Source: Eukaryota sp. GEM-RC1 (lineage: Eukaryota). Taken from it: a stretch of DNA of 64,000 nt. Both the position numbers and the translations under genes were made by a program. Under the pieces are notes generated by a model. It searched no databases. It worked only from the letters and a program-made list of their open reading frames with translations, and was not told the origin of the DNA. Shown here piece by piece: positions 36,273-49,800 of the stretch. The stretch's first letter is position 1, and every line of letters starts with the position of its first letter. Where the stretch lies: the NCBI GenBank assembly GCA_040285855.1, contig JAUFOQ010000006.1, forward strand, positions 2,294,001 through 2,358,000, in the 5' to 3' direction.

Positions 36273-36357
36273 TGATGCTTTATGTAAGGTACGGACATAC
36301 AAGAAGTGAAATTAAGATGGTTTATAATCTATGATTCTCATACTATGATAATCTACA
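36273..36357 (-). repeat. 5' LTR, 85 bp
   Basis: Direct repeat of 30902-30986. A possible PBS (TGGCGAT...) starts 8 nt downstream on the minus strand. Confidence 0.85.
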
Positions 36358-37113
36358 CCAGCTTCATCACTCAACAACCTAGACCTTTTGGTTTACATTT
36401 GAACAATGATGCTTGGAAGCAAAATATGCGTCTTCGTTTAGGTTTATTCCCTAGTGGTTTGCAAAATAATTCAATCTGTGTTTACGATAACCGATCTACA
36501 GCCACAGTTCGTCATGTTGTTAGTTGCAAGAAATTTTTGCAATTTCGATCTGTTCTACATAACGCTGTTCGTGACGTTACTTATGAAATGTTCAAATCCT
36601 ACAATTATAGTTGTAAAATTGAACCTCTTCTGAAACATTATAGTGACAATAACGTGTTTGATTCTCGGCGTGGTGACTTAATTGCTCCTTTCCTGGATTC
36701 ATCTCAAGTTGTGGTTGATTTTACTACAGTTGACCCGTTTGCAAAAGTCTACCAAGACTCCATATTGAATGTTTCGAATGTTCATCTGGAAAAGGCTGAA
36801 CTACGAAAGTGTTCAAATTATGAGGATGCTCTGCAGAAGCTTAATGAAAATCTATATTCTGAGTTTTCATTTGTTCCATTTGCCATTTCAATTTTTGGTA
36901 ATATTGATCCAGCCGGTTTAAAAGTTTTTCAGTGATTTTAGTCTTTTATGTCGTTCTAATGGCAAGGTGTTTAATAGCGCTGTATGGATTAATCGAATTA
37001 TGTTCGCTCTTTATAGAAGCATTCCCAAGTATTTATGTTCCATTTATTCGAAGTTGTATACAATTCTCGTGTTGATGTGGAGAATTTAACTTCTTTCATT
37101 TTCTAAATTAGTA

Positions 37114-37927
37114 CAGTCTACCTGGATATAGTGCGCTCATTTTGGTACGCACTATATCCAAAAAGCGCACTATATAGAGTAAAATGCTTGTGCATGATGG
37201 TCATTGTAGATGTGGTCTTTATTGGTTATAAACTAGGTTTTCAGTACATTTGTCTAGAAGATGAGCAAGGTCACGGTTCTGGAACAGCTGAAGACCGGGA
37301 GTAGTGTTCGTGTAATTTTGTGAGGGTGGTTTGCGGTGAAAGTGTGTACATCCAGATTCTTAATCAATTGACTTAGCAACACTTAGTTCACTGCCAATTC
37401 AACATGAGGAAGATTAGAGTGAAGTTGTGAAAAGGTCAGACGGTTCCCAAAACCCTCACAAGCGTAGTTTTCAAGTAACTTACGACAGGAAGTGGTGCGT
37501 ACAAAGTTCTGAAGCACCTCAAACCCATTAAAAGTCCACCATTCTCTGAGGAAGTGGTGATTCTCAGAATTCTTCTCAATATCAGCAAAATGGACACCCA
37601 ATGCATTGTTAATGACATCTGTTCCTTCTATATCAATAGAGAGAATAGATGTCAAAGAGAAAAACTGAGATGCTCTCATTGAAGAATAGAAGTTGTCTCA
37701 TATAAAGAGTAACGTCCACAAAGATCACGGAAACAACTATTGATGTAGTCTCATATTGAGAAAGGATAACGCGATGAAGTTTATTGATGGAAGAAGACTA
37801 TAACAAAAGTGATGGAATGTACCAAAAGAGAACATGGCACGACAGAAGGAGATATGATAAACCAACAGAGTTGGAGGAGACAAAATGACTGGCAGTGAAA
37901 ATTGCGCACTATATCCAGGGTAGACTG
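37114..37927. mobile_element. Tc1/mariner (pogo-like) non-autonomous element
   Basis: TIR CAGTCTACC(C)TGGATATAGTGCGC flanked by TA on both sides, with internal copies of CGCACTATAT. No recognisable transposase. Confidence 0.85.
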
Positions 37928-38049
37928 TATGTATTAATTTATTGTTGCAAATAAACTCTTTATATATGGAGTATATATATACATTGATATACACTTTAAA
38001 TATATTAAATTGATATCTTTTTATTATGATTTTTTTTGACCAAACATCC

Positions 38050-39548
38050 TTTTATAGAACAAAAACACTAAAATAAACACAAATACTAGAACTCAATATC
38101 ATTAAAGCAACAATCATTGCCATTAAAACTCACATCAGCTTTTTCTTCATAAAAAACACTGAGAGCTAATAGAGCTTTTGAAATCATGACAGGAATTGTT
38201 TTAAATAATGTAAAAACAATACGATTCAACCAAAATTCGAAATCAAATTTCTTGTTCATTCCTTTATTGACCACTTTTTCAAAATCACAGAGAAAACAAA
38301 CATCATCTCTTCCAAGTCCACCATAAATTGAAATTGCAAAAGGACATAATTTGTACTCAACATGTTTAAGAGCAATCAATGGTTCATCATATTTGTTTCT
38401 CTTGTATTGTTCTGAAGAATTCAGTGGAGAAACTTCATTTTTAGCATCCTTGAATGCACTTTTTGCAAACATCCACAGTAATCACATCAACAACGGTTAG
38501 TTCATCATTGACTGGTGGATCTTTAACATCAGATCTTCTTTTACCAAAAGTCTGATCAGAAATTCTATTCAGAATCACTATTTTTAAGTTATTGATTTCC
38601 AGTGATCTCAACAGTGGCTCGACAAAAGATTCGATTTTGTAGGACTTACACATGGCATGAATTTGATCTCTGACAGCATCATGAATACAAGTTCTATAAG
38701 TAATGAAACGATTACAACTCAAAAGGTGAGAAAATGTAACTAATGTACCACATTTACATTGAAGATCATTGGGTAAATTAGAGGGCCACAAGAAACATCG
38801 AAGTCTGAATGTTGTAGTCCATTGATGATCATTCAACAACAAACCATAAATCTGAGGAATTTGGTTAATCAAAGCAACTGAAGAACTGTCCTTCAAATCA
38901 ATTAATTAATTTGCGAAAGCTGGATTTTTTTCTTTGGCCGAGCCAAGTCGAATTTTAAAATCCAGACATTCAAAATGTTTTAAAAGGTGTTTTTGGAGTT
39001 TCTTAAGAGCAAATTTTAACGAGGTGACACATCGTTCTGGTATTTCACAAATATCTGCTGGAAAACAAGTTTGCCAGAGGTCAGGTGAAATTAGCGACAA
39101 TTCTGATCTCAAATTTACCAAGAAAAAACTACTTGTCGAAACAAGAAGATTTTCTTGACTTGGGTACCGTCTACAGAACTCAAAGACAAAATTCTTACCA
39201 CCACCAATGAAAGCAGATTTGGTCCACCATTTAGACGAAGTGAAACCAATACCACCAAGATGAGGATCTGAGAAGATGTGATTGTTCAAAGCAGCAGGAT
39301 CCACTGATAACAAAAATGCAAGAAAGTCAGTACGAATTTTGTTAAAGATTCTACAGAAGTTATAAGTAAGTACAGGGGGGAGAGCGAAGCAGATGAGTAA
39401 ATTTTCCTGAATAACAAATTTTTAGCATAAAGAATTTGAGATGTTTTTCCAATTGCAATTCCTTAATTTGATCTAATTCTTTTCGCATTGAATCCAAATA
39501 TAAATTCAGATCTTTAGCAATGTAACATTCTAGTATCTCCGCTATCAA
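38050..39548 (-). mobile_element. 5'-truncated RLE non-LTR retrotransposon
   Basis: CYSGKFTHLLRS, LGGIGFT, FRLRCFLWP...CKCG...HLLSC...IHDAVRD...VEP...RRSD...VVDVITVD...KRNKY...PFAISIYG. Frameshifted. Confidence 0.85.
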
Positions 39549-39840
39549 AATTGTTAAATACTATTTTTTAACTCACGCCTTCTCACTGCAGAAACGATGA
39601 AAATGGAAATCCTTGTAGTACTCAAATTGTTAGTATAGGGTTACGAGTTCTTGAACAACTTACACACTAATTCACATTTCACTCCTTTTTACCATCTGCA
39701 TCAGAACTGCTCATAATGGTTCCAGGGTATTAAAACTCTGCTGAAGACCAAATTTTCTCCCAAACAATCTGCTCTGTGATCCTTATACAAAACAGTGCTA
39801 ACAGACAATTTATGACATCGGATGAATTAACTCATCTAAG

Positions 39841-41946
39841 CTACAGCGAAAACAATCCCTTGAAACTACCAGTAATACGAAAAGCGTCTGCTGTTTTCCC
39901 TGAAATGGTCACACCAGAAGCAAGATCAGATAGAATCATACAACGTTCTTTCTTGAACCCCGAAATTTTGACTGATAATGTATCACTAGAAGAAAAATTG
40001 GAATAGTCTGGAAGTTGATCACACAAATGAAATGAAAGACATGTGGGATACACAAAGGAAGGGACAGTGATTTGATGTGAATATTTCATTTTACAAAGGG
40101 TGATCTCACAACCAATTGACAAGTTCTTCCGACCATAAAGGCTATCCAACGGTGTTATTTCTATAACATAAACGCGGCCATTAACATCAAGCTCTTTCTT
40201 TTGATACGCATCGGATTCTTCTTGTTCAGATTCAACACAATTATTAAACAAATCTTTTCCCAGTACTAAATCTGTTGTGTTAGTAGAGGCTTCACGTCCG
40301 ATGCACATGTTCAAAGCTGGAGATAGATTCTGAGTTGTTAGTACTGAATCATATTTTTTATATTGTGGATCAATAACGACAGGCTCAATTAAAAGGGGCT
40401 CAGAATGAGTTTCAATTTCATCGACATCTTTAAAAGAAAAGGGGTGTTGATGTTTTTCGGTGAACTCATGGTGAACTTTTTGGCCATAAGGTTGAACTCT
40501 ATTCACATTGTGGAAGTCACTTGCAAATCTTTGCTCTTTTTCTTTGGTTCCACTTTGAATCGTACTTCTCCAGGAACAACATTTTGACTAATGAAAGTTT
40601 TCTGATTTGTAGATGGATTCTGAGTTGTTGGTACTGAATCATATTTGTTATATTGTGGATCAATGACGCCAGGCTCAATTAAAAGGGGCTCAGAATGAGT
40701 TCCAACTTCATCGACATCTTTAAAAGAAAAGGGGTGTTGATGTTTTTCGTTGAACTCATGGTGAACTTTTTGGCCATAAGGTTGAACTCTATTCACATTG
40801 TGGAAGTTCTTTGGAAGTCTGTGGTCGTAGTTCTTCAGTTGATCTCTAAATCTCAGACCGCCTAAAGCAACATCAGCAATAGGATCAAGAATACAAGTTA
40901 AACGCACGTTGAATACAGTTTCCATAACTGCTCTTACAGAATGAAGAGCAGCTAATCTTCCAACTGGAACAACTTTGGTAACTGAGTTACAAGTCTTGAA
41001 ATCAATTCCATCCAATTTGTTTCTAAAGTCTTGTTGAAATGTGTACATCTCGACATCAAGTTTACTCAAAAAGCTGTCAAGTACAGAGATAGGTACATTC
41101 TCAGCAAATTCGTGGTTTGGAATCAACTCTTCCACGAAAACATTAATTGTAGATTTAGTTTTGGCTTCACTACATGCCAGAAGAAGTTTCATCTTGGACT
41201 TTTCACTCATTTGTTCTATTACATGTGGATCAATTTTACTTAAGCAGTACTCATACAAAGCTTGGTCAACTTGATCAGCACCCATCCACCACTCTTCAGA
41301 ATGAATGACATTAATGTCAGACCGTTGATGGAGAAAAACAACAGCTTTGGTAAGTAAATGACCAACATCTACAATGACGACGGTTTCAAGTTGAGAGGGT
41401 TCAGGGGCTTTAAAGAGATAAGAAGCTACAAGGGCTTCCCAAGTAGAGACAACAGTGATATCAGGATAGCCAAGTTTATGGAATGTATCAAGAAGAACAT
41501 GTTGATGTTGTAGAGGTAGTCTGTGAGGAAGTACCAATGATGATATTTTGTACTGCAAGCTTAGAGAATGATTGAGCTCAAGTACAATGTGTTCTACAAG
41601 TGGACGAATGAGTTGTTCGTAAGTGAGATCTTTACAAACGCCATTAAGTCCGACAGAGAAAGCAAGACGGCCATTGATTTGTTTCACATTGTTCATGGAC
41701 AGAAGAAAAAGGAAGACACGATGGAGAAACGACATGTGTGACAGAGAAAAAGCAGTTTTGAGCACATCTCTCGACCTTAGATTCAGCGTGTTGCGCCACA
41801 AAGTAAGTTCCCAGAGAACAGACAACAGTATTGGGAATACATATATCATCAGTACTAGTTTGTAAACATGTATCTTGGTTATCCATGTCATTTCTTACTG
41901 CAAGCACAATCCCATGGGAACCCATATCGATTGAAACCTCGTACAT
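39841..41946 (-). CDS. Degenerate Hsp70/Hsp110-like partner (pair 3, more divergent, internally duplicated linker); frameshifts near 41698 and 40520; possible pseudogene
   Basis: MYEVSIDMGSHG...VIVDVGHLLTK...VVPVGRLAAL...LDPIADVALGG, followed by a C-terminal domain (VIEITPLD...LSDLASGV...FRITG). Confidence 0.78.
40320..40807. repeat. ~195-bp direct repeat (40320-40517 / 40610-40807) within the partner linker
   Basis: NRVQPYGQKVHHEF.EKHQHPFSFKDVDE..THSEPLLIEP.VIDPQY.KYDSV.TTQN occurs twice, offset 290 nt. Confidence 0.92.
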
Positions 41947-41995
41947 GGAGACACTGAAATTGAATGCAAACTCAGAAGTTTAAATCTAGGTTCCA

Positions 41996-43437
41996 ATGCC
42001 CTCTTCCACCGTTCTTGGGATCGATCTTGGAACAACAAACTCGTGTGCTGCAGTATTTCGTCAAAAACGAAATCCCAACGGTCCTCTCACAATTCGATAT
42101 ACTGATGTTCTAATAGACTTCGACTCATCGGAGAAACTTGTTCCGTCGATAGTGTCTTACACGGGTGAACAATTTGTGGTTGGCGATGATGCTCGCGTTG
42201 AAATGAAAAGGCATCCAGAAAATAGTGTCTTTGAAGTCAAGCGTTGTATTGGAAGACGTTTCAATGACCCAGTTGTTCAACAAATGAAGACAAAGTACCC
42301 TTTCAAAATTGTACCCTTGATATATACTCCAGGAGACACCGCTATTCAACTGAATAACATACAGTACAGACCCGAAGAAATCAGTGCCAAAGTCTTGTCT
42401 CACATCAGAACTAACGCTGTCACTGTTCTTGCAGTTCCTGACATCACCAAGGCTGTCATCACTGTACCTGCTTATTTCGATGACCACCAACGTAAAGCAA
42501 CAAAGAGAGCTGCTGAAATAGCAGGTTTTGAGGAAATCACCCTTGTTAACGAACCAACCGCTGCTGCTCTATCTCTAAAACAAGAAGATCCTTCGACAGT
42601 TGGCAAACGAGTTCTCGTTTTTGATTTTGGTGGTGGTTACCAAACGCAAGGAAACAAATCAAGCTGCGTTTTGCAGCGGAAAAAGCAAAGAGACTACTGA
42701 CAACTAGAAATAAGGCTTCTATATATGTTGAGAATTTTGCTTCTGAAGAGGACCTGGAATTTGAATTAACTAGGGAACGATTTGATGATATCTGTGCCCC
42801 CTACATTACCGAATGCTTATCTGTTGTTAATAGGCTCCTTCAGTTTCTCCATCTTCAGTCTTCTGATATCGATTACGTTCAACTCATTGGAGGATCTTCT
42901 CGTATAAGAAAGGTTCAAGAGATGCTTGAACTTAAGTTTCCTGGTGAGGGTAAGCTAAGAAAAACTCTCAACCCTGACCAATCCGTTGCTGCTGGTGCCG
43001 CTGCCTATTTCCATCACATTCTTCATGATGTAACTCCTCATAGTTTAGGTGTTGACGTTCGGTCTAAATCCAAAACAAGAGAAGTTGGCACTATGAGTGT
43101 TATCATTCCCAGGAATTCCAGAATACCTTGTAAGTTAACTGAGAATTACACTACTACAGCTGACTATCAAACCTCACTCACCTTCAATGTGTATCAAGGT
43201 GAGGCAACCATTGTGTCTCAAAACACCTTTCTTGCGCGCTTTAAGATAAGTAATCTACCTCCCCTTCCAACAGGAGAAGCTACAGTATCTACCACAATGA
43301 TCATTGATTCTGATGGAATATTACATGTTGATGCTGAAGATCTCCAAGACACATCAAATACAGCTTCAATCAAAATTGAAAAGCTTCAAAGTCAGTTCCG
43401 GTTTAGTCAACGTCTTGATGAAGTGTCTCGAACTTAG
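41996..43437 (+). pseudogene. hsp70: Divergent lidless Hsp70 (pair 3) with a ~150-bp deletion after DFGGG
   Basis: Motifs as in the other copies, but TFDVS...LGGANID...NRYS is absent at ~42637 and the frame is lost. Confidence 0.82.
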
Positions 43438-43816
43438 TTATAACTTATATGCTAATCCATTTGGTTTTAATAAATGAAAATATAAAAATAAATTTGCTCA
43501 TCCAGCCACTAGCAGTAAGAAAAAGAAACTTTTTTCTGTACCTAATATGGTACCCTTCCTACAAAGCTACAAAAATGAAGCTGTATGAAATTGTAAAAAC
43601 AAACAAAAATAATATTAAGACTAAATCTAAACGACTTCCTTTTCATCTGGTAAAAGATTAAGTTACTCAACAATAACTTTCACACCAAACTTGTACAATT
43701 TCCCAACTGATGGAGAGAAATAGAAAAGCATATTAAGATATATTGAAAACACAATACGGTTTTTCAATCAGCTTTTCTAATACTAACACTTGTTTTCTTT
43801 ACACAGTTCTTGGAAT
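43357..43816 (+). repeat. Near-identical copy of 10275-10717 (Hsp70 3' end + flank + non-LTR tail)
   Basis: Shared KIEKLQSQFRFSQRLDEVSRT* and downstream sequence, with a small indel near 43567. Confidence 0.9.
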
Positions 43817-46800
43817 CAGGTTAGGGTCAGTTCTTTAACACATGTAACTTATTACCTGTACTGTTCCTGATATAACCTTATTGATTAGCGAATATATAGA
43901 ACAAAGAGCAGACAATCAGATACACACCCCAGACAACATCATTAAGTGACGTCAGCATCTCAGAACATGATTGGTGAGAATATGCTACTATACAGCTTCT
44001 TGTTGTAACAATCAATGAACTTTGTATATATTCTTGAAAAAACTGCTCTGAACTCTCTATATCACACCACTTTCTACACAAATCTTCAAAAGACAGCTCC
44101 AATCGGCTTAAGTAAACTCCTTACGGTCACACTTGATCCGTTCAGCTGTGAACATTAACAGAAACAATTTAGATAGAATCCACATTTTTGTTCTAGTAAA
44201 TGACACAGTGAGGCAGTTTTTGCGGTTCCAGATCCAGAAATCAATAACGCTATTTGCTTCATTCTCAATTCATACTTTTTGAGCCGCTTCATGAAGTCAT
44301 TCATAGCAGGAATCATTCCAGTTCCAAGATCAAATTCCAAAGAAAACTCGCGGTTAGGATTTACTCAGTACAAGAAAGGCGTTGTAGTGGAGGAAGAATG
44401 TGGCTCTGATTGCATTCAAGACGGCGTCATCACTCGTAAATTTGCTGAATCGAATCATCTACTTCACAAACATATTTAAGATATCAACAATGATTCAGAT
44501 CTTGTAACGTCAAGAATCACAGAGGTTTGATAAGTAGACTGATGAAGAAGTGACAAAAGAGCCTAAAAAGTCGGAGATCACTTCCCCAGACTGAACCTGT
44601 GTTTATCTATTCAATCCTTTGCTTTGTTCCTTCCACCTTTCCTGTCATGGCGTATCAATCGTTGCTCCAGAATTCCCGTATAGTACAGGTCCCAGGGGTT
44701 TGGTTTGAGATGTTAGTGGAGGAGATAACTCACTATCCCCAGCCATCAAGTGTCTCCCTCTGACTGCATCCGACCCCGAATGACACATCTTGACGGGATT
44801 GGCTTTAGAATTCGGCTTGGCGAAACAGCGAGAGAGCAGGACATCAAAACCTTTTATTCTCCGGAGGTGTGTACGATTTCAATTTCAAAGTTTTAGAGGA
44901 TGGGGATTTATCTAGTTACAATGCGGTTTTTCTCTGGTGCTGAGATTAGATAGGTGAGATTCTTATGGTCGCAGAATAAGGTAAACTTTTTTTGTAAGAA
45001 TGAAGGAAGCTAAAGGAGATAGAGTAAGTGTCTGTAGGATTCTTTTTTTTTGATAGTTGACCAGTTTCTTTGGCTGTTTGTGAACTTTTTTGAAAAAAGT
45101 AGTAGATGCACAGTGGTCTGGTTTCCTTATCGATTAAGGGAGTTTTTTATGGATAATTATAAAATACATAATAACAATTACTAAGAAATATTGGAACCTA
45201 AGACACAAGAAGCTACAGAAGGTAAGAGATTCTTTCTTAAACTCGCAAGCAGCGTGGTTAGAGAAGTCAACAAAAAGATTGATGTGAATGAACTCAATTT
45301 GGCGAGAAAAGCAATGATTCGATGTGGTCTCTCTTGAAATTTTGATGGGACATGGAGTAGCTTAGTCCTCAACTTCAGGAGATCATCAAGAAGCATAAAA
45401 GATCTTTTGATCATGGTGAAGTGCTTAAGACAGTTGAACAGGAAGTTGGAAACGAGGGCGTTGTTGTTGTAGAAGAAGATGTGGTAGAATTGAGTGATTA
45501 GAATGATTTGACTATGTATGAAGTTCATACAAAAACCGGATTTATGTGCGGAGAAAAACACACAACAAGAAAACAACAAATAAATAAACACTATTAAAAC
45601 AAATTATCAAACGAACTACCTAATTCCGAAAAGTAATTGCCTCCACACAACTTGGACAAAATGGAATCAACATATCTATACATGGACCAAAAAAATCGAG
45701 AAAGCAAATTTACTCTTCCAGTACGATCTGTTAAACTTCTTGTCACTTTCTGAACACAAATTTTCAAATAAATTTAAAAACCCCTTGGTAGAAGAACCGA
45801 AATTTGCGTACAATGAAACTGCAAAAGGCTGAAAGACGATATTATTGTGTCTTCGTGAATTCAATGCAGCAACTTCCACACTTAGACCCTTTGGCGTTCT
45901 CAGCGTCTTTTAGCGGATCATTTGAAGTATTCAAAATGTTGGCAATAGCTGAAGTTTTGCAAGGATCAACGTATATATGACCAACGGGAAGGTGTCTAGA
46001 ACTAACAGCAACGTTGTGATACGTCTTAACTTGATTGCTCAAGCTTTGACAGTACCACGCTGAGTAAGCATACGTAAAGTATCTACCATCAGCATCGCAA
46101 CTAGGGTCCAATGATTCAATCAAAATATCATGACGAGAATCCCATGAGTAATCCGAGGGATAACGATACGTATCCCCAGCATCTCCATCATTCAAATCAC
46201 CCAGAAAGCGTTCAATAACTTGAGGGGAAATACCCGGAGGAACGTTCCTCAACAGATAGTGCCGTCTTTTAGGCATACGGTTGCGGATGACAGGATGCCG
46301 AGGAGCGAACTTCGCCAAGTGCCACATGTCGTAATCAGAGATACAAACGCTGTTGTCTTGTGGACTTACCCAGAAGCTTCTGTTCTGCTTCGACTCTTCT
46401 AGACTGCTCTTTGGCGAGAGATTCCTGTAACTTGCGAATCTCTTCAACCACTTCAGTTGACTTCTATTGAGGAACTGGAACAACATCGGGAATGCGTTCT
46501 TTATTAAAACTATTTCTACGAGAAAGAATAGGGAGAGGAGACGCTGTTACAACTACATCATGACTCTCGGAATGCGGAGTACTGCTGCTATCAGCATCGC
46601 ATACTCTTTACTTCTCTAACAAGCTTGGGATACGGTCTGAAATTACAGAGGGAGTATCCAAACCCACTTCGCCGTCCTGGCGGGAAGACGAAGTCCTGCC
46701 ATCCTCAGATGGGCATCCACCTTCAGGTTGAACATCTACAACTCTACGAGAAGTAGATTCACCAACCTCAGGTGAGATTTCCGTCACCTCCTTGTGGGAA

Positions 46801-49800
46801 GTGGGGCTTCTATCCTCAGATAGGCATCCGTCCCAAGACAGGCATCCATCCTCAGATGGGTCACTTTCGAAGTCCGACGAGTCAACTAACTCTTCTGTAT
46901 CAGGAACCAATGGCTCCTTTCGACGGGAAGACACTTTGGAGCTAGACTTAGATCTAGTCAAAGGTTTGTTTCTACGATTAGTTTTGTTTCCCGCTTTTGA
47001 TTGGTAAGTAGTCCTTTTCTTCACCATCTTGGACAATAATTATTGATACCGTTTGGCTACAAAGGGTAGGGAAAAGATGTTTATAAATAAAATAATATGA
47101 TCTTGTAACACTTCACTAACACCTGTGGCTAACAACAGCTACATTGAAGATCATTTGGCAAATTGAATGGCCATAAATAGCAACGAGTCTTATCGTAGTA
47201 GTCCAGTTTAGAAGAAAAGAAGCAAATCAAATCTTTTGTTAAAAGAAAATCTAGTGTTACCATAGTTGTAGATACCTAAATTCGAGGTATTTCGGTAGGT
47301 ATTAGGTATTGAGGTAGGTATTAGGTATTTTCATGTCTCATATTGGAGATACCTGTTGCTACCAAAAATACCCTTCTAATGCTACATTTAAATAGTATTA
47401 ATTTTGTTTAGTACATTCATTTGGATTAATCAAGTTTTCTATTTTTGAACAAATGGATACATTGTACGTGTTCTAAGTCAACACCAGATTAAAACTGTTT
47501 GTTGAATTATTGTCAACCTTCTCTTTGAATCATCTTTTCCAAAAAAAGGACACTTTTTTTGCTACCATTAGGCAATCTTCTAAGAACCCATTGGGGAAGC
47601 TTGACACAGCCAAGATTATCAAGAAAGAACTTGTGGAGATCAGTTGTAATGGTTGTCAACCATACGGATGGACTATGTGGAAGAAAAACAAGACGCAGCG
47701 ACGAGTAATATAGTTTGTAGCACTGTATATTGTTGAGTTAGATGTTTGTATTATACAACAGGTTATATTAATTAGCTTCGATAATGTGTTCAATCATTTT
47801 TCTGGGTATTCAGGTATCAGGCTGAGGTATTCGGTATTTTGGTATTTTGGTAGGTATTAGGTATTCTTTTTATTGGGATATAGGTATCCACAACTATGAG
47901 TGTTACATATATTAATAGTGTTTCTACGTTTCAGAGTTTTTACGATTCCGAAACGTTTCCAAGAACTAAACATAAGTTTGAAATTCACCTATCATAGACA
48001 AAAATGGATAATCTGTCCTTGTGGAAACGTCTAGGTGGAGACACAGGAACGTTTCTAACACGGTTCTGCTAGTGGAACAATTTTGATACGTTTCTCCTGT
48101 CCAGTGAACGCTAACGCGTAACACGCGTGTTAGAAAATTTGGCTGATTTCTAACACGCAAATTACGGTTACTATTTTCGGTCTGAATGATGTGAAAATGA
48201 ATTTTGCTGCTAAAAGAATGAAAGACGTCGTTTTAGAAGTTCCCTACACTGATGTAGAGTATCGTAGGGATAAATGTGTAGAAGAAACCAGCTGACTATA
48301 GTTGAACCAGAAACCAGGAAAAATTCCTGTAACGCAAACACGTGTTAACACGTGTTAGATACGATTTTTGAACGTGTCAGTGTTCACTGCTCCTGTCGTA
48401 ATACTAGAAAATTCCTGCCCATCATTGACTGTTAACAGTAAATGACAAGGTCGTGTCCTGTATGTTTATTAAGCTTCGGTAATACGTACCACATTCTAGA
48501 GCTGTCAAACGGTTCGGCTCAAGCCGTAAACCGAACGACTTGAGCCAAACCATATCGAAATTTGGTTCGGCTTACTCAAATGGCTCAAGCCAAAGCCGAA
48601 CCAGTTTGGATTTCTCCAAGCCAAACCATTCGGCTCAAGCCGCGGCTTGAACTTACTTCGAACAAATGAACAAGTTGACCAAGTTCATTGCATACATCGA
48701 TTCATAAGACGTACAAACAAATACAAAAAGGAATATACTAGGACTGTCCAGGTTCGGGTTTTGGTTCTAACCCCAACCTCTGTTCTCAGAACCTAACTGG
48801 AACCCGAACCTATTAGGTTGGAACCTGACTGGAACCTAAACCTCTTATCTCAGAACCTGGCTGGAACCTGAACCTGTGGGGTTAGAACCTGGGAACTTTT
48901 AGAACCCGACTTTAATAAGATACAATGAAAAAAACTGTATATCGATGAAGGGCACAAAAATCAATATGAAAATAAAAGCCATGAAACACTAGACACATCT
49001 CTGACAGCATTATGAAGAACAGAACGAAACTGAATAAATTTGGTGTAAATAATTTCATGTCTAAAAGTTGCATTGTGACGATGGCTACATACACATTCAG
49101 AATTTTTGAGTAATTCAGCAGAAAACAAAGCTCAACCTAATAGCATATAATGAATTAGTTTTTATTTGTGCCATAAAATACTGAAGAAAAGACACCAAAC
49201 CCAATTATAGTTATACATCCAGTTTGATTGTGATGATGATTGTCTTGGTGGATTCGGAGGAGGAGCAGGCGAAGGGGAAGAGTCGACGTGAAGAGGTTCT
49301 ACGTCAGGTGCATCAATATTACTCATAGGGGAAAGATATGATTTATCAATTTTACTAATATAACAAAGTTGAACATACTAAATGAAGGAAAAAGGGGTTC
49401 GAGGTTCTAACCTGGAACCTTAGTGTTGGGAACCTAACTGCAACCGGAACCTGGATCTTCAGAACCTAACCGGAACCGGAACCTCAGTGTTGGGAACCTG
49501 ACTGGAACCTAACCTGGAACCTGGGTCCGAACCCAAGTTAGAACCCGAACCTGGACAGTCCTAGAATATACAAACCGCTAGCACACTCATAATTGTGATC
49601 ATTACTGATAAAATTGGTTCATATCTTCAGAATCTTCCTTATATTAATAACTGTTGTTCCACAGTGAAGGAACGTCATTTCAGTGACCTTAAACTGAATC
49701 TTTCAATTTACAATTACTCAAAAACTTCTTACAGCATACGTACAATGCTACCAAATTACTTTCAGGCTCGCAGTACATTACAGTTCCCATGATGACTAGT

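Larger units (their letters stand above)
30902..36357 (-). mobile_element. Ty3/gypsy LTR retrotransposon with chromodomain-like tail; defective
   Basis: Domain order PR (IDPGAQVS), RT (LDLPKAFWQ, PFGLKN, YLDD), RNase H (DASD, TDHKNL), IN (H-H-C-C, DNG, SNGLVER), chromo-like (HVITEVLDQ...VLWYG). Flanked by 85-bp TG...CA direct repeats and a polypurine tract. Confidence 0.93.
30600..37110 (+). mobile_element. 5'-truncated RLE non-LTR retrotransposon (30600-30901 + 36358-37110), split by the gypsy insertion
   Basis: FAAFLCDIQQCS| joins |SFITQQPRPFGLHL...NMRLRLG...HVVSC...LHNAVRD...KIEP...RRGD...VVDFTTVDP...AELRK...FVPFAISIFG, i.e. a zinc-knuckle-like region plus a restriction-like endonuclease. 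Confidence 0.85.
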
